Of a DNA stretch of 64,000 nucleotides, positions 1 to 10,277 are shown in pieces (the first letter of the stretch is position 1; every line of letters begins with the position of its first letter). The position numbers were made by a program, and so were the translations under genes. The notes under the pieces were generated by a model, which was not told where the DNA came from, made no database searches, and saw only the letters and a list, made by a program, of their open reading frames with translations. Origin of the DNA: an uncultured Aliarcobacter sp. (GTDB taxonomy: Bacteria > Campylobacterota > Campylobacteria > Campylobacterales > Arcobacteraceae); assembly GCA_963677435.1 (NCBI GenBank), contig OY781945.1, positions 1,472,001-1,536,000 on the forward strand, given 5' to 3'.

Positions 1-1661
1 ATAGTTGGTTGATTATTTTTGGCTAATTTATCATTTAGAATACTTAAATAATTTAATTGCTCCAAAGCACTAATTACAGCTTTATCTGGATGATTTTCTA
101 TTTCAAAAGGAGCATTCCAATAGGCCATTATTGAATCGCCGATATATTTATCAATTGTTCCATCATTTTTTATAATAATTTCACTCATTGGCGTCATATA
201 TTGATTTAAATATTCAACTAAAATTTCAGGTTTACTGATTTTTTCTGAAATTTCTGTAAATTTTCTAATATCACTAAAAAATATTGTTATCTCTTGATTT
301 TTTGCTTTTAGATGATTTGAATCAATATTTTTAATCAGCTCTTCCATAACATTTTTTGAAACTTTTGAAGCAAATTTTTTCTTTATTTCTTCTTTTTTTC
401 TTATTTCAAAAAAATATCCAATAACTAAACTTATAACACCTGACAAAATAATCGTAATAATAGGGAAAAGAATATTTATAACAATTCCCACATGAAATAA
501 TAAATAGTAATTAATATAAAATGCTGCAATTAATAAAGTTGCTATAAAAAAAGGTGTTAATGCAATATGTACTTTTCTAATTGCAAAAAAAGTAAGAAAT
601 GTTAATAATAAAATCAAGGTTATATTAAAACCATCAATCCAAGAAGATTTATATAAAAAATCTTGTGTGATAATATTATCAATTGCATTTGCATGAACTT
701 CAACTCCTGGAAATATTGATTCAAAAGGTGTTGCTCTTAAATCCATTAGTGCCGCAGCAGAAGTACCAACAAGTGCAATCTTATTTTCAATATCTTCTTG
801 TTTGAAATTATTATTATAAATATCAACTGCAGATATATATTTGAAAGTTTTCTCTTTCCCTCTAAAATTTATTAATAATCTTCCATATCTATCTGTGGGA
901 ATTGTTAAGTTATTTAACTGGATATTATTAACTCCATTTTCATCATAATTAATAAATATTTTATTGATTCCAAGGGCAATTCTTAATGTTTCAAGGGCAA
1001 GTGAAGGGAAAATCTGTTCATTATATGAGATAATTAATGGAACACTTCTAATAATTCCTGATTCATCTGGAATATTATTGAAAAATCCACTAGAATAAGA
1101 GATATTTTGAATTACTGGTATATTAAGTATTGTTCCTTTTGCTTCTAAAAGGTACTTTTTCCCCATCTGTTTGTTTTTTTCTATAAATGTTGTTTGTATA
1201 AATGGCGACTTTTTATTTATATAATCACTAGAAATAAATTCAAATTGATAACCAAGTATTGTTGGAGTACTTGCAACTGTTTGAGCAAAGTTATAATCAA
1301 AATCTTCTACATTGTCTCTTTTTATATTATATTTTTTAAATATATTATGAGGAGAACTTCTATCTTCTTCTGCAAATACAATATCTAGTCCAATTATTGC
1401 AACTTTTTTATCAGCTAAATTTTCCAAAATTTTTGAAAGAATATCTCTAGGCCAAGGCCATTGACCTAATTGTTGTAAAGATTTTTCATCTATATCTATA
1501 ATTACTACACTATCACTTTGAGGTTTAATCTCTCCTCTTATTGTAAACATTGAGTCTCTTAATCTATCATCCAATGATTGAAGTAAACTAGGAGCATAAA
1601 TATATAAAGTTATTGTAATTATTGATATTAAAAAAGCTAAAACTAAATTAATATTTTTCAT
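1..1661 (-). CDS. CHASE2-domain adenylate/guanylate cyclase (class III), 3' end runs off the window
   Basis: Not in the ORF track (no stop in window). Manual translation from ATG at 1661 (TAATG overlap with upstream stop): N-terminal TM, 'DIDEKSLQQLGQWPWPRD' and 'GVEVHANAIDNI' (CHASE2), 3 TMs, then 'IFFSDIRKFTEISEK' and 'DGTIDKYIGDSIMAYWNAP' (class III cyclase). Confidence 0.92.
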   Translation of the reverse strand, partial: MKNINLVLAFLISIITITLYIYAPSLLQSLDDRLRDSMFTIRGEIKPQSDSVVIIDIDEKSLQQLGQWPWPRDILSKILENLADKKVAIIGLDIVFAEEDRSSPHNIFKKYNIKRDNVEDFDYNFAQTVASTPTILGYQFEFISSDYINKKSPFIQTTFIEKNKQMGKKYLLEAKGTILNIPVIQNISYSSGFFNNIPDESGIIRSVPLIISYNEQIFPSLALETLRIALGINKIFINYDENGVNNIQLNNLTIPTDRYGRLLINFRGKEKTFKYISAVDIYNNNFKQEDIENKIALVGTSAAALMDLRATPFESIFPGVEVHANAIDNIITQDFLYKSSWIDGFNITLILLLTFLTFFAIRKVHIALTPFFIATLLIAAFYINYYLLFHVGIVINILFPIITIILSGVISLVIGYFFEIRKKEEIKKKFASKVSKNVMEELIKNIDSNHLKAKNQEITIFFSDIRKFTEISEKISKPEILVEYLNQYMTPMSEIIIKNDGTIDKYIGDSIMAYWNAPFEIENHPDKAVISALEQLNYLSILNDKLAKNNQPT

Positions 1662-3997
1662 TATTTTATTAAATCAAATTGTTCTGGTTTTAATGCTTCT
1701 TTAGCATATACATTTAAAATATCATTATTAAAGAAGAATTGAACTAAATTTTTATCAATTTCACCTCTATCTATCATATTTTCAAGAATATTTTTTACAG
1801 TAGATAATTTCATTGCTTCTTTATATGGTCTTTCTGATGTTGTTAATGCTTCAAAAATATCTGATAAAATCATAATTCTATCTTCTAAACTAATATCTTT
1901 TTCACTTAAACCTCTTGGATAACCTGTACCGTTTAGTTTTTCATGATGATTACATGCAATATTAAGAACATCTTTGAATTTTTTTGGAAAAGGTAACTCA
2001 GAAATCATATCAAGTGAAAGTTGAGCATGATTTCTAATAATATTTATCTCTTCTTTTGTTAATGTACCTTTTCTTATTGATAAATTGTAATATTCATCTG
2101 AATTTATAAGAGGAAAATCAATGTTGTCTTTTTTATAAGTTAATTTTGATATTTCATCTAATTTAGAAATATCCTCATCTTTCATAAATTCTCCACCTAA
2201 ATTAATTCTTTTTATAAAAGAAGAATAATTATCTAATCGTTTAATCACTTCTTCAAATTCTTCTTTTGAAATTTGGTTTTTTAAATACTCAATTTCTTTA
2301 TCTTTTTTGATAATTTCAAATCTTTGTTCAATTAATTCAACCCGGTCATAGATTTTTTCTAATTTAGTTGCTTTATCAAGTACATACTCAGGCATTGAAA
2401 TTTTACCAATATCATGTATCCACGCGGCAAGAGCTAATTGTTTATAATCATTTTCTGTATAAGTTACATCTTTATAAATTGTTTTATCATCATTTATTGC
2501 TTTTGCGATTAATAAAGCAATTTTTTCAACTTTTTCAATATGGTCACTTGTATAAGGAGACTTAGCATCAATTGCTTTTGCAATAGTCGAAACAAAAGCA
2601 TTTATAAACTCTTCTAAACTTGAGATTAATTGCATATTTGTTAGTACCATTGCAGATTGAGAAGCTAGAGAAATTATAACTTTTTCATCTAATTTATCAA
2701 AGTTAATTATATCTTTATCTCTTTTTTTATTAATTAACTGTAAAACACCTATAACATCATTTTCATGGTTTATTAATGGAATAACAAGCATTGATTTAGA
2801 ACGATAATTAGTTGTTTTATCAAAGTTTTTTGTACCATCAAATTTATATGTTGTTGTTTTATAAACATCATGAATATTTATGATTCTTTTTTCATTTGCA
2901 CAAACAACAGCAACCATTTTATTATTAACTGTTCCATCTTTTAAATATATAGGTAGATTAGGCCAAGAAGAGTTGTTTTTTATATCAGTGATTTTGATAT
3001 TTAAAGTTTCATTTTGAACAACTTTGAATTCAAGATTTTTTTCATCTTTTGATTTTATATATAAACTTCCAGCATCTGCATTAGTTAATTTTCTAGTTAA
3101 TGTTAAAATATCTTCAAATAATTTCTCTTTATTATGTTGAGAAGTTAGGGCTAAGTTTATTTTCATTATTTGTTCAAATTTATGCTCACTTAACAGATTA
3201 TTCTCGATATTTCCTGTATCAATATGAATTATGTCACCTTCATTTAAAACTTTTCCACGATAACTTAAGAGCTTATTTTTTTTAATATCTTGTAATAACT
3301 CTTTTTTATAGTTAGGTTTTAAATGATAAAAAAATATTGAAATATCTTTTCTTTTAAGATTTTCAAGTTCTTTTTTAATTAAATTTGGAGTTAAATGTTT
3401 TGTTATTCTGGCTAAATCTTCTAATTTATCTGGGAATGAACACTCTATAATTAAAGATCTAATTGATTCATCTTTATTTATTTCATCCCAAAGAAAAGGG
3501 TTTGTATATGTATCTCCACTTATAACAAAACTTTTATTATTGTCTTTTTTTATAATATATCCACATGAACCACTTATATGATTTGCAGGAATAGCTTTTA
3601 TAGAATAGTTATTAATATGAATAATTTCATTTATTGAAATAGGTCTAAAAATTAGTGAAAAAGTTTCACTTTTAGTTAATTTTATTTTTGTAAAATCTGG
3701 CCAAATTTTATTATTGAATGAATGTTTTTTAAGAATTTCAATTGTTTCTTCTAATGCATATATTGTAAGAGGTATAGTTCTTTCTTCAAAAAAAGTTTCA
3801 ATAATAAAAGGTAAATCAGCAATATGATCAGCATGGGAGTGAGTTAAAAAAATATGGTTAATCTCTTTTGCTTCATTTCCTAAAGCATTTAAAATATTCC
3901 CAGCATCAACAACTATATCTTTAAATATTTGAAAAGATGTAGTATTGTGATTTTTTGCTTTACTTCCACTTGCTCCTAAAATTTTAATGTAATTCAA
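1661..3997 (-). CDS. Fusion of MBL-fold (class II cAMP phosphodiesterase-like) domain, GAF domain and HD-GYP phosphodiesterase
   Basis: N-terminal 'LGASGS', 'THSHADHIADL', 'SGDT' (metallo-beta-lactamase); central GAF 'YRSKSMLVIPLINHENDVIGVLQLINK'; C-terminal 'HDIGK' and 'HHEKLNGTGYPRGL'. TTG start. Confidence 0.88.
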   Translation of the reverse strand: MNYIKILGASGSKAKNHNTTSFQIFKDIVVDAGNILNALGNEAKEINHIFLTHSHADHIADLPFIIETFFEERTIPLTIYALEETIEILKKHSFNNKIWPDFTKIKLTKSETFSLIFRPISINEIIHINNYSIKAIPANHISGSCGYIIKKDNNKSFVISGDTYTNPFLWDEINKDESIRSLIIECSFPDKLEDLARITKHLTPNLIKKELENLKRKDISIFFYHLKPNYKKELLQDIKKNKLLSYRGKVLNEGDIIHIDTGNIENNLLSEHKFEQIMKINLALTSQHNKEKLFEDILTLTRKLTNADAGSLYIKSKDEKNLEFKVVQNETLNIKITDIKNNSSWPNLPIYLKDGTVNNKMVAVVCANEKRIINIHDVYKTTTYKFDGTKNFDKTTNYRSKSMLVIPLINHENDVIGVLQLINKKRDKDIINFDKLDEKVIISLASQSAMVLTNMQLISSLEEFINAFVSTIAKAIDAKSPYTSDHIEKVEKIALLIAKAINDDKTIYKDVTYTENDYKQLALAAWIHDIGKISMPEYVLDKATKLEKIYDRVELIEQRFEIIKKDKEIEYLKNQISKEEFEEVIKRLDNYSSFIKRINLGGEFMKDEDISKLDEISKLTYKKDNIDFPLINSDEYYNLSIRKGTLTKEEINIIRNHAQLSLDMISELPFPKKFKDVLNIACNHHEKLNGTGYPRGLSEKDISLEDRIMILSDIFEALTTSERPYKEAMKLSTVKNILENMIDRGEIDKNLVQFFFNNDILNVYAKEALKPEQFDLIK

Positions 3998-4030
3998 GAA
4001 AAGCCTTTTAATTTAATTACAAAATTATAT

Positions 4031-4918
4031 CTAATGAGTTATATCGTTTACTTTAAAATCATCATAGGGATCCATATGAATATTTATAATCCAATCTCTT
4101 GAAGTGTCTAATTTTTTTATTTTATTTTCAATATAATCACTTGCTTTATGTGCTTCCATTAAAGTAATAAGACAATTAAAAACTAAATGTACTTCTACAA
4201 AGGTTTGGTTTGCCGCTTCTCTTGTTTTTAATAGATGATAGGTATTTACTTTTTCATTTTCTTTTATTATATCTTTTATTTTTAATACAAGTTCTTCATC
4301 AACTGCTCTATCTAATAAAACTAAAATTCCATCATGAATAAGTTCATAGGCAGAATAAATAATATATAAAGCAATTCCTCCACCTACAAATATATCTATG
4401 ATTTCATAACCTGTAAAAGTTACAAGTAATAAAGAAATTAAAACAGCAGCATTACTAAAAACATCGGTTTTATAGTGAAGGGCATCGGCTTTTATAACCA
4501 TAGAATTTGTTTTTTTTGCAATATAATTTAAATAAGTTACTAAACAAATAGTAATTATTAAAGAAATAATCATTACATAAATAGATGTTTCTAAATACTG
4601 GGAAATTTCTCCATTAAAGGCTTTTTTAACTGCTTGATAAAGTAAAAATAATCCAGAAATAGTGATAATTGTACCTTCAATTACAGAAGCTAAGGCTTCA
4701 ATTTTTCCTCTTCCATAATTAAAAATTTTATCAGCAGGTTTTTCAGAATTCGAAATAGCAAAATAGTTGAAAATTGATACAAACATATCTAAAACAGAAT
4801 CAATTGCAGATGCAAGAACAGCAACGGAACCGCTGGCGATTCCAATTGCTAGTTTTATAAGAGTAAGTACCGCTGCAACACTAGATGAAACAACGGTAGC
4901 TTTTTTTTGTTGAGTCAT
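4031..4918 (-). CDS. Cation diffusion facilitator (FieF-like) transporter
   Basis: 'SVAVLASAIDSVLD', 'KADALHYKTDV', 6 TMs and C-terminal 'IHMDP' dimerisation domain. Confidence 0.92.
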   Translation of the reverse strand: MTQQKKATVVSSSVAAVLTLIKLAIGIASGSVAVLASAIDSVLDMFVSIFNYFAISNSEKPADKIFNYGRGKIEALASVIEGTIITISGLFLLYQAVKKAFNGEISQYLETSIYVMIISLIITICLVTYLNYIAKKTNSMVIKADALHYKTDVFSNAAVLISLLLVTFTGYEIIDIFVGGGIALYIIYSAYELIHDGILVLLDRAVDEELVLKIKDIIKENEKVNTYHLLKTREAANQTFVEVHLVFNCLITLMEAHKASDYIENKIKKLDTSRDWIINIHMDPYDDFKVNDITH

Positions 4919-6093
4919 TAGTTGTTTTCTACAAACTCTTTAATTCTTTTGATTCCCTCTTGAATTGTCGGTAAATCAGTTGCAAATGAGAATCTAACAT
5001 AACCTTCTGCTCCAAAAGCAAGTCCTGGAACTAATGCTACACCTTTTTGCTCTAACAGATCTGAACAAAATTTAACAGAATCATTAGATACTTCTTTTAT
5101 ATTTACAAAAACATAAAATGCACCATCTGGATTTGTAGTTGATAAACCTTTAATATTATTAAACATTTCAACTACTATATTTTTTCTTTTTTCAAATGCA
5201 ACTCTCATCATCTCAATAGCTTCATCAGCATCACCTTCAAGAGCAGGAATAGCTGCATATTGAGTAATTGAATTTACATTTGAAGTAACTTGACCTTGAA
5301 GTTTAGTTAAAGCTTTTGCAAGTTTTAAATCAGGAGTTGCAAGATATCCAAATCTCCAACCAGTCATTGCTACTGCTTTACTTAAACCATTAATAGTTAC
5401 AGTTCTATTGTACATATCTTCACTAACTTCCGCAGCAGCTGTGAATTTTTTACCGTTGTACATGATTTTTTCATACATTTCATCAGAGAATACAATTATG
5501 TCTGTACCTTTTAAAACTTCACCAAGTGCTAGTAATTCTTCTTTAGAATATACAGATCCTGTTGGATTTGAAGGAGTATTTAAAAGTAAAACTTTTGTTT
5601 TTGGAGTAATTGCAGCTTTTAATTGCTCTGGTGTGATTTTAAAATTAGTTGTATCATCAGTGTCAATAAATACTGGAACACCATCTGAAAATTTTACTTG
5701 TTCAGGATATGTAACCCAATAAGGTGCTGGAATAATAACTTCATCACCATTTTCAATTAATACTTGAAATAAGTTAAATAAAGAGTGTTTTGCTCCATTA
5801 CTTATTACAATACCTTCTAATTTATAATCTAAACCATGATCTTTTTTTAATTTATTAATAATTGCTTGTTTAGTAGGAATAATTCCTTCTACAGCTGTAT
5901 ATTTCGTTTTACCCATGTTAATAGCATTAATAGCAGCTTGCTTAACAATTTCTGGTGTATCAAAGTCAGGTTCACCTGCACTAAAACTTAGTATATCTTT
6001 ACCTTGAGCTTTTAGCTCACTGGCTAAGGCAGTTATTGCCAAAGTAACCGATGGAGACAGATTTTCCATTCTGTTTGCAATTTTCATTAGCAT
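4918..6093 (-). CDS. aspB: Aspartate aminotransferase (PLP-dependent class I/II)
   Basis: 'GEPDFDTP', 'NTPSNPTG', 'SDEMY', 'NGLSKAVAMTGWRFGY' with PLP lysine. True start may be ATG 6087. Confidence 0.9.
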   Translation of the reverse strand: MLMKIANRMENLSPSVTLAITALASELKAQGKDILSFSAGEPDFDTPEIVKQAAINAINMGKTKYTAVEGIIPTKQAIINKLKKDHGLDYKLEGIVISNGAKHSLFNLFQVLIENGDEVIIPAPYWVTYPEQVKFSDGVPVFIDTDDTTNFKITPEQLKAAITPKTKVLLLNTPSNPTGSVYSKEELLALGEVLKGTDIIVFSDEMYEKIMYNGKKFTAAAEVSEDMYNRTVTINGLSKAVAMTGWRFGYLATPDLKLAKALTKLQGQVTSNVNSITQYAAIPALEGDADEAIEMMRVAFEKRKNIVVEMFNNIKGLSTTNPDGAFYVFVNIKEVSNDSVKFCSDLLEQKGVALVPGLAFGAEGYVRFSFATDLPTIQEGIKRIKEFVENN

Positions 6094-6168
6094 TCCCTCA
6101 ATAAAATTAACATTATATTTTTGATATAATAGTGAGGGATTCTACCAAATAATTACTTAAGGAAAAGT

Positions 6169-6762
6169 TTGAGTTTTCAAATTGAAATAAATCAAAGAAT
6201 AGTCACTGTAAAACTAGAAAAAAGAAAGAATATAAAGCACGTTTATCTGAGAGTTTTAAGCCCAAATCTAGTGGAAATAAAAACAAATATTTATTATACA
6301 TTATATGATGCAAAAAGTTTAATTGAAAAAAAAATAGATTGGATTGAAAATTCAATTGTAAGACTTGAAGAAAAGAGTATTAATGAAGATGAATTTTTAT
6401 ATCTTGGTATTAGAAAAAAAATGGAAGATTTCAATATCAAAAATCTGGATAGTTTTTACAAAAAAGAGATACTTAAATATTTACCCAATTTAGTAGAAGA
6501 GTATTCAAAAAAGATGAATTTATTTCCTACTTCAATTTCTTATAGGAAAAACAAAAGAACTTGGGGCTCTTGTAACTATAAAAATGGTTTGAATTTTAAT
6601 ATATTATTGATGAAGTTTCCTCTTGCACTTATGGAATATGTGGTTATTCATGAGTTAGCTCATATAAAACATAAAAATCATTCAAAACATTTTTGGGATT
6701 TAGTGGAATATTATTGTCCAGATTATAAACAAAGGGAGAAAATATTTAAGAGTTTCTTATAA
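6169..6762 (+). CDS. M48/YgjP-like (DUF45) metal-dependent hydrolase
   Basis: 'KRTWGSC', 'YVVIHELAHIKHKNHSKHFW' HExxH signature. Confidence 0.88.
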   Translation: MSFQIEINQRIVTVKLEKRKNIKHVYLRVLSPNLVEIKTNIYYTLYDAKSLIEKKIDWIENSIVRLEEKSINEDEFLYLGIRKKMEDFNIKNLDSFYKKEILKYLPNLVEEYSKKMNLFPTSISYRKNKRTWGSCNYKNGLNFNILLMKFPLALMEYVVIHELAHIKHKNHSKHFWDLVEYYCPDYKQREKIFKSFL

Positions 6763-7162
6763 TTTCTCTTATATTTTCAAATTTTTTGAATATATATTCA
6801 TCTTTTGCTTTATTATCAAAAATTCCATATGAACGCTCTCTATATAAGGGAATAGGCTCTCTTTCTTTCTCTTTTTTTTCAATAACATTTGTAATAAAAA
6901 ATCCAATATCTTCAACATTAGCAATCTTGAAATTTTTTAATAATGATTTTATATCTGCTTTGTTATACTCAAATTCCATTTTATAAACAGGATGGGTTAA
7001 TACAAAAAACAAGGTTTGGTTTTTTACATAAGCGAACTTTACTCCTTTTTTTAATTTTAAAGGAAGAACTTCTATAAACTTTTTTATTAAAAAAGATGTA
7101 TTAATCTTACTGAATTCAGGATTATTTTTAAGATGACTAAGTATTTCATTAATTTTTTTCAT
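6746..7162 (-). CDS. DUF721/DciA-like protein
   Basis: 138 aa; 'FAYVKNQTLFFVLTHPVYKMEF' resembles the DciA/DUF721 core of Campylobacterota. Confidence 0.6.
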   Translation of the reverse strand: MKKINEILSHLKNNPEFSKINTSFLIKKFIEVLPLKLKKGVKFAYVKNQTLFFVLTHPVYKMEFEYNKADIKSLLKNFKIANVEDIGFFITNVIEKKEKEREPIPLYRERSYGIFDNKAKDEYIFKKFENIREIIRNS

Positions 7163-7285
7163 GGGCTAATTATAGCAGGTTTTATATTATCATTCAGTGG
7201 CTGTGGTTACAAAGATGATCCAAAATATATTCAACAAGACTCTACAACTGTAAATTCAGACAGTAATGAAACTTCACAACAATGA
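7133..7285 (+). CDS. Small lipoprotein (50 aa), not in the ORF track
   Basis: MTKYFINFFHGLIIAGFILSFSGCGYKDDPKYIQQDSTTVNSDSNETSQQ*; lipobox FSG-C followed by GYK; its TGA overlaps the nadB ATG (ATGA). Confidence 0.75.
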   Translation: MTKYFINFFHGLIIAGFILSFSGCGYKDDPKYIQQDSTTVNSDSNETSQQ

Positions 7286-8733
7286 TTTATGATTACATAA
7301 TAATAGGTACAGGTGTTGCTGGACTTAATGCCGCAAGATTAATTCCAAAAGACAAAAGAGTTTTAATTTTATGCAAAATGTCAACTTGGAATTGCAATAC
7401 TTTTTGGGCTCAAGGAGGAATTGCAAGTGCAGTTGATGAAGCAGATGTTCCAACACACATAAAAGATACTTTAACAGCTGGTGTTAATTATAATGATAAA
7501 GATGCCGTTGAACTTTTAAGTAAAAAATCAATATCAACAATCAAAAACTTAATAGATGCTGGAATGAAATTTGACCTAAATGAAAATGGTGAATTATCAT
7601 TTACAAAAGAAGCTGCTCACAGTAGAAATAGAATATTACATGCTGATGGTGACGCAACTGGTAGAATGATGCATATTTTTTTACTTGAGCATTGTGAACA
7701 TGCAATTGTAACTCAAGCAGTAGTTTGTGATTTGCTTATAAAAGATGATATTTGTTATGGAGTTCAGTATTTTACAAATGAAACAACACAAAAAGTAGTT
7801 TATGCTCATAATACAATAATTGCAAGTGGTGGAGTTGGTTCAATTTACAGATACCATACAAATTCAACTGCAAATGCAGGTGAAATTCAAGGAATTATTG
7901 CAGAAAAAAATCTTCCACTAAAAGATATGGAAATGATGCAATTTCATCCAACGGTTGTAAGAGGAACTACATTTGCCAGAAAACCTTTATTATCAGAAGC
8001 GTTAAGAGGTGAGGGTGCTCATATTGTAGATGATAATGGATATAGATTTTTATTTGATTATCACAAAGATGGAGAATTAGCACCAAGAGATGTAGTTAGT
8101 CGTTCTATTTTTGACTATAACAAAAAAACTGATTTAGGTGTTTATTTATCTTTTGAAACATTCGAGAAAAAAGCCTTTAAAAAAAGATTCCCAAATATAT
8201 ACTCAAACTTGAAAGAGTTAGGTTATGATTTACCATTTGAAAGAGTTCCAATTAGTCCTGCATTTCACTATTCTATGGGTGGTATTGAAGTTACACTTGA
8301 TGGAAAAGTAAAAGGAATGAAAAACTTATATGCAATTGGTGAGGCTGCTTGTACAGGTGTGCATGGAGCAAATAGATTAGCTTCAAACTCTTTACTTGAA
8401 GGTCTGGTTTTTTCTCAAATTGCAGTTGAAGATTCTTTGAAAAATGAGTTTAAAATTCAAAAAGAAAATTATGATAAACCAATTATTAATTATGTTAGAA
8501 ATCAAGAAATTGATAAAGATATAAAAGATAACTTAAGAGAGATGATGTGGACTAATGCTTCAATAGTTAGAGATCCAAAAACTCTTAAAAGTACACTAGA
8601 TACGATAGAGGATTACTTAAAACTAAATGTAGGTAGATTACTTTTTTTAAGGCTACTTACGGCAAAATCCATTCTGAAATCTGCTTTAGAGCGTAAAAAG
8701 TCTCTTGGCGCACACTATATTAAGGAGAATTAA
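7282..8733 (+). CDS. nadB: L-aspartate oxidase
   Basis: FAD motif 'IIIGTGVAGL', 'WAQGGIA', 'QFHPT', 'SEALRGEG', 'HGANRLASNSLLEG'. Confidence 0.95.
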   Translation: MIYDYIIIGTGVAGLNAARLIPKDKRVLILCKMSTWNCNTFWAQGGIASAVDEADVPTHIKDTLTAGVNYNDKDAVELLSKKSISTIKNLIDAGMKFDLNENGELSFTKEAAHSRNRILHADGDATGRMMHIFLLEHCEHAIVTQAVVCDLLIKDDICYGVQYFTNETTQKVVYAHNTIIASGGVGSIYRYHTNSTANAGEIQGIIAEKNLPLKDMEMMQFHPTVVRGTTFARKPLLSEALRGEGAHIVDDNGYRFLFDYHKDGELAPRDVVSRSIFDYNKKTDLGVYLSFETFEKKAFKKRFPNIYSNLKELGYDLPFERVPISPAFHYSMGGIEVTLDGKVKGMKNLYAIGEAACTGVHGANRLASNSLLEGLVFSQIAVEDSLKNEFKIQKENYDKPIINYVRNQEIDKDIKDNLREMMWTNASIVRDPKTLKSTLDTIEDYLKLNVGRLLFLRLLTAKSILKSALERKKSLGAHYIKEN

Positions 8734-10115
8734 TGTTTAAAGTTTTAATGACTTTACTCTTAGGAACTTTGTCTTTATTTGCAAGTTCTGAAAGTACAGG
8801 AGAACTTCCTAACTTAACTATGACATGGGTAGGGTTTGCAACTTTACTTATTTTTGTTATTGGTTACTATTTCGTTGCTGCAGAGGAAAAGTACGCAATT
8901 GATAAGGCAAAACCAGCTTTATTTATTGGAACATTTATGTTTATTTTAGTAGCTATTTATTATTCACTAAATGGCTTAGATATGAATTTAGTTCATACTC
9001 AAGCTCAACATTTGATTTTAGAAATTGCTGAAATATTCTTTTTCTTATTTGTAGCAATGACTTATATTGAGTCATTATTACATATGGGAGTTTTTGATAG
9101 CTTAAAATATAACTTAGTTTCAAAAGGTTATACATATAGAAAACTGTTTTGGGTAACAGGATTTATTGCTTTCTTTATCTCTCCAATTGCTGATAACTTA
9201 ACAACTGCTCTTATTTTATCTACAGTTTTAATTACAATTGAAAAAACAAGAAAAGACTTCTTAGTTCCTGGAGCTATTAACATTGTTGTTGCTGCAAATG
9301 CAGGTGGTGCTTGGTCTCCATTTGGTGATATTACAACACTTATGGCATGGACAGCTGGAAAAGGTGTATTTACTGACTTCTTATATTTATTCCCAGCGGC
9401 AATTTTAGGTTATGTTGTTACGGCATTTTTATTATCAAGATTTGTTCCAAAAGTTGTTCCAGATTTTGATGTAGCAAATGAGAAAAAACCAAAAATGTCT
9501 GAAGGTGCGAAAGTTGTTATGGCTCTTGGAGTATTTACAATTTTCTCTGCTGTAATGTCTCACCAAGTATTACATTTACCTGCAATGTGGGGAATGATGT
9601 TTGGATTAGCATTACTTAAAGTTTACTCATATGGATTAGGTAAAAAATATGGGAAAAATCACTTTAATATTTTTGAATCAATGTCAAAAATTGAAAATAA
9701 TACATTAATGTTTTTCTTTGGTATTTTAGCAGCAGTTGGTGCATTATATTTTGTTGGTTGGTTAGGATTAGCAGCTGTTGTTTATGATCCATCAGTTCTT
9801 GGACCTACTTGGTCAAATATTGGTGTTGGATTCTTATCTGCAATTGTTGATAATGTTCCTGTTATGAGTGCTATTTTAAAAGCAAATCCTGATATGGGAC
9901 TTGACCAATGGATGTTAGTTACTATGACAGCGGGAGTTGGTGGTTCATTAATTTCTTTTGGATCAGCAGCAGGTGTTGGAGTTATGGGTAAATTACATGG
10001 TATTTACACATTTGGTTCTCACATGAAATATGCATGGACGATTCTTTTAGGATATATAGTTTCTTGTAGTGTTTGGTATTTCCAATACCATATTTTAGAA
10101 ATTAGTCACTATTAA
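8733..10115 (+). CDS. nhaD: Na+/H+ antiporter NhaD
   Basis: 'ADNLTTAL', 'ANAGGAWSPFGDITT', 'SAIVDNVP', 'GGSLISFGSAAGV'. Confidence 0.92.
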   Translation: MFKVLMTLLLGTLSLFASSESTGELPNLTMTWVGFATLLIFVIGYYFVAAEEKYAIDKAKPALFIGTFMFILVAIYYSLNGLDMNLVHTQAQHLILEIAEIFFFLFVAMTYIESLLHMGVFDSLKYNLVSKGYTYRKLFWVTGFIAFFISPIADNLTTALILSTVLITIEKTRKDFLVPGAINIVVAANAGGAWSPFGDITTLMAWTAGKGVFTDFLYLFPAAILGYVVTAFLLSRFVPKVVPDFDVANEKKPKMSEGAKVVMALGVFTIFSAVMSHQVLHLPAMWGMMFGLALLKVYSYGLGKKYGKNHFNIFESMSKIENNTLMFFFGILAAVGALYFVGWLGLAAVVYDPSVLGPTWSNIGVGFLSAIVDNVPVMSAILKANPDMGLDQWMLVTMTAGVGGSLISFGSAAGVGVMGKLHGIYTFGSHMKYAWTILLGYIVSCSVWYFQYHILEISHY

Positions 10116-10131
10116 AATTACTTTTAGTATG

Positions 10132-10168
10132 AAAAAAAGGCTGCTAGATTATCTAGTAGCCTTTTTTT
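10132..10168 (+). terminator. Rho-independent terminator after nhaD
   Basis: aaaaaaaggctgctagat-t-atctagtagccttttttt: hairpin with A- and T-tracts. Confidence 0.85.
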
Positions 10169-10277
10169 ATGTCTGATTTTTTGTTTAACCAATTTTTTAC
10201 AACTTTTTAGATAAAATATTAAATTAAAATTTGTAATATTTAAGCACAATAGTGCAAAATGTGAAGGAAAACAATAT

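Noticed and set aside
10170..10277. Purine riboswitch upstream of guaA
   Set aside because: No purine aptamer core motifs; region is short and AT-rich.
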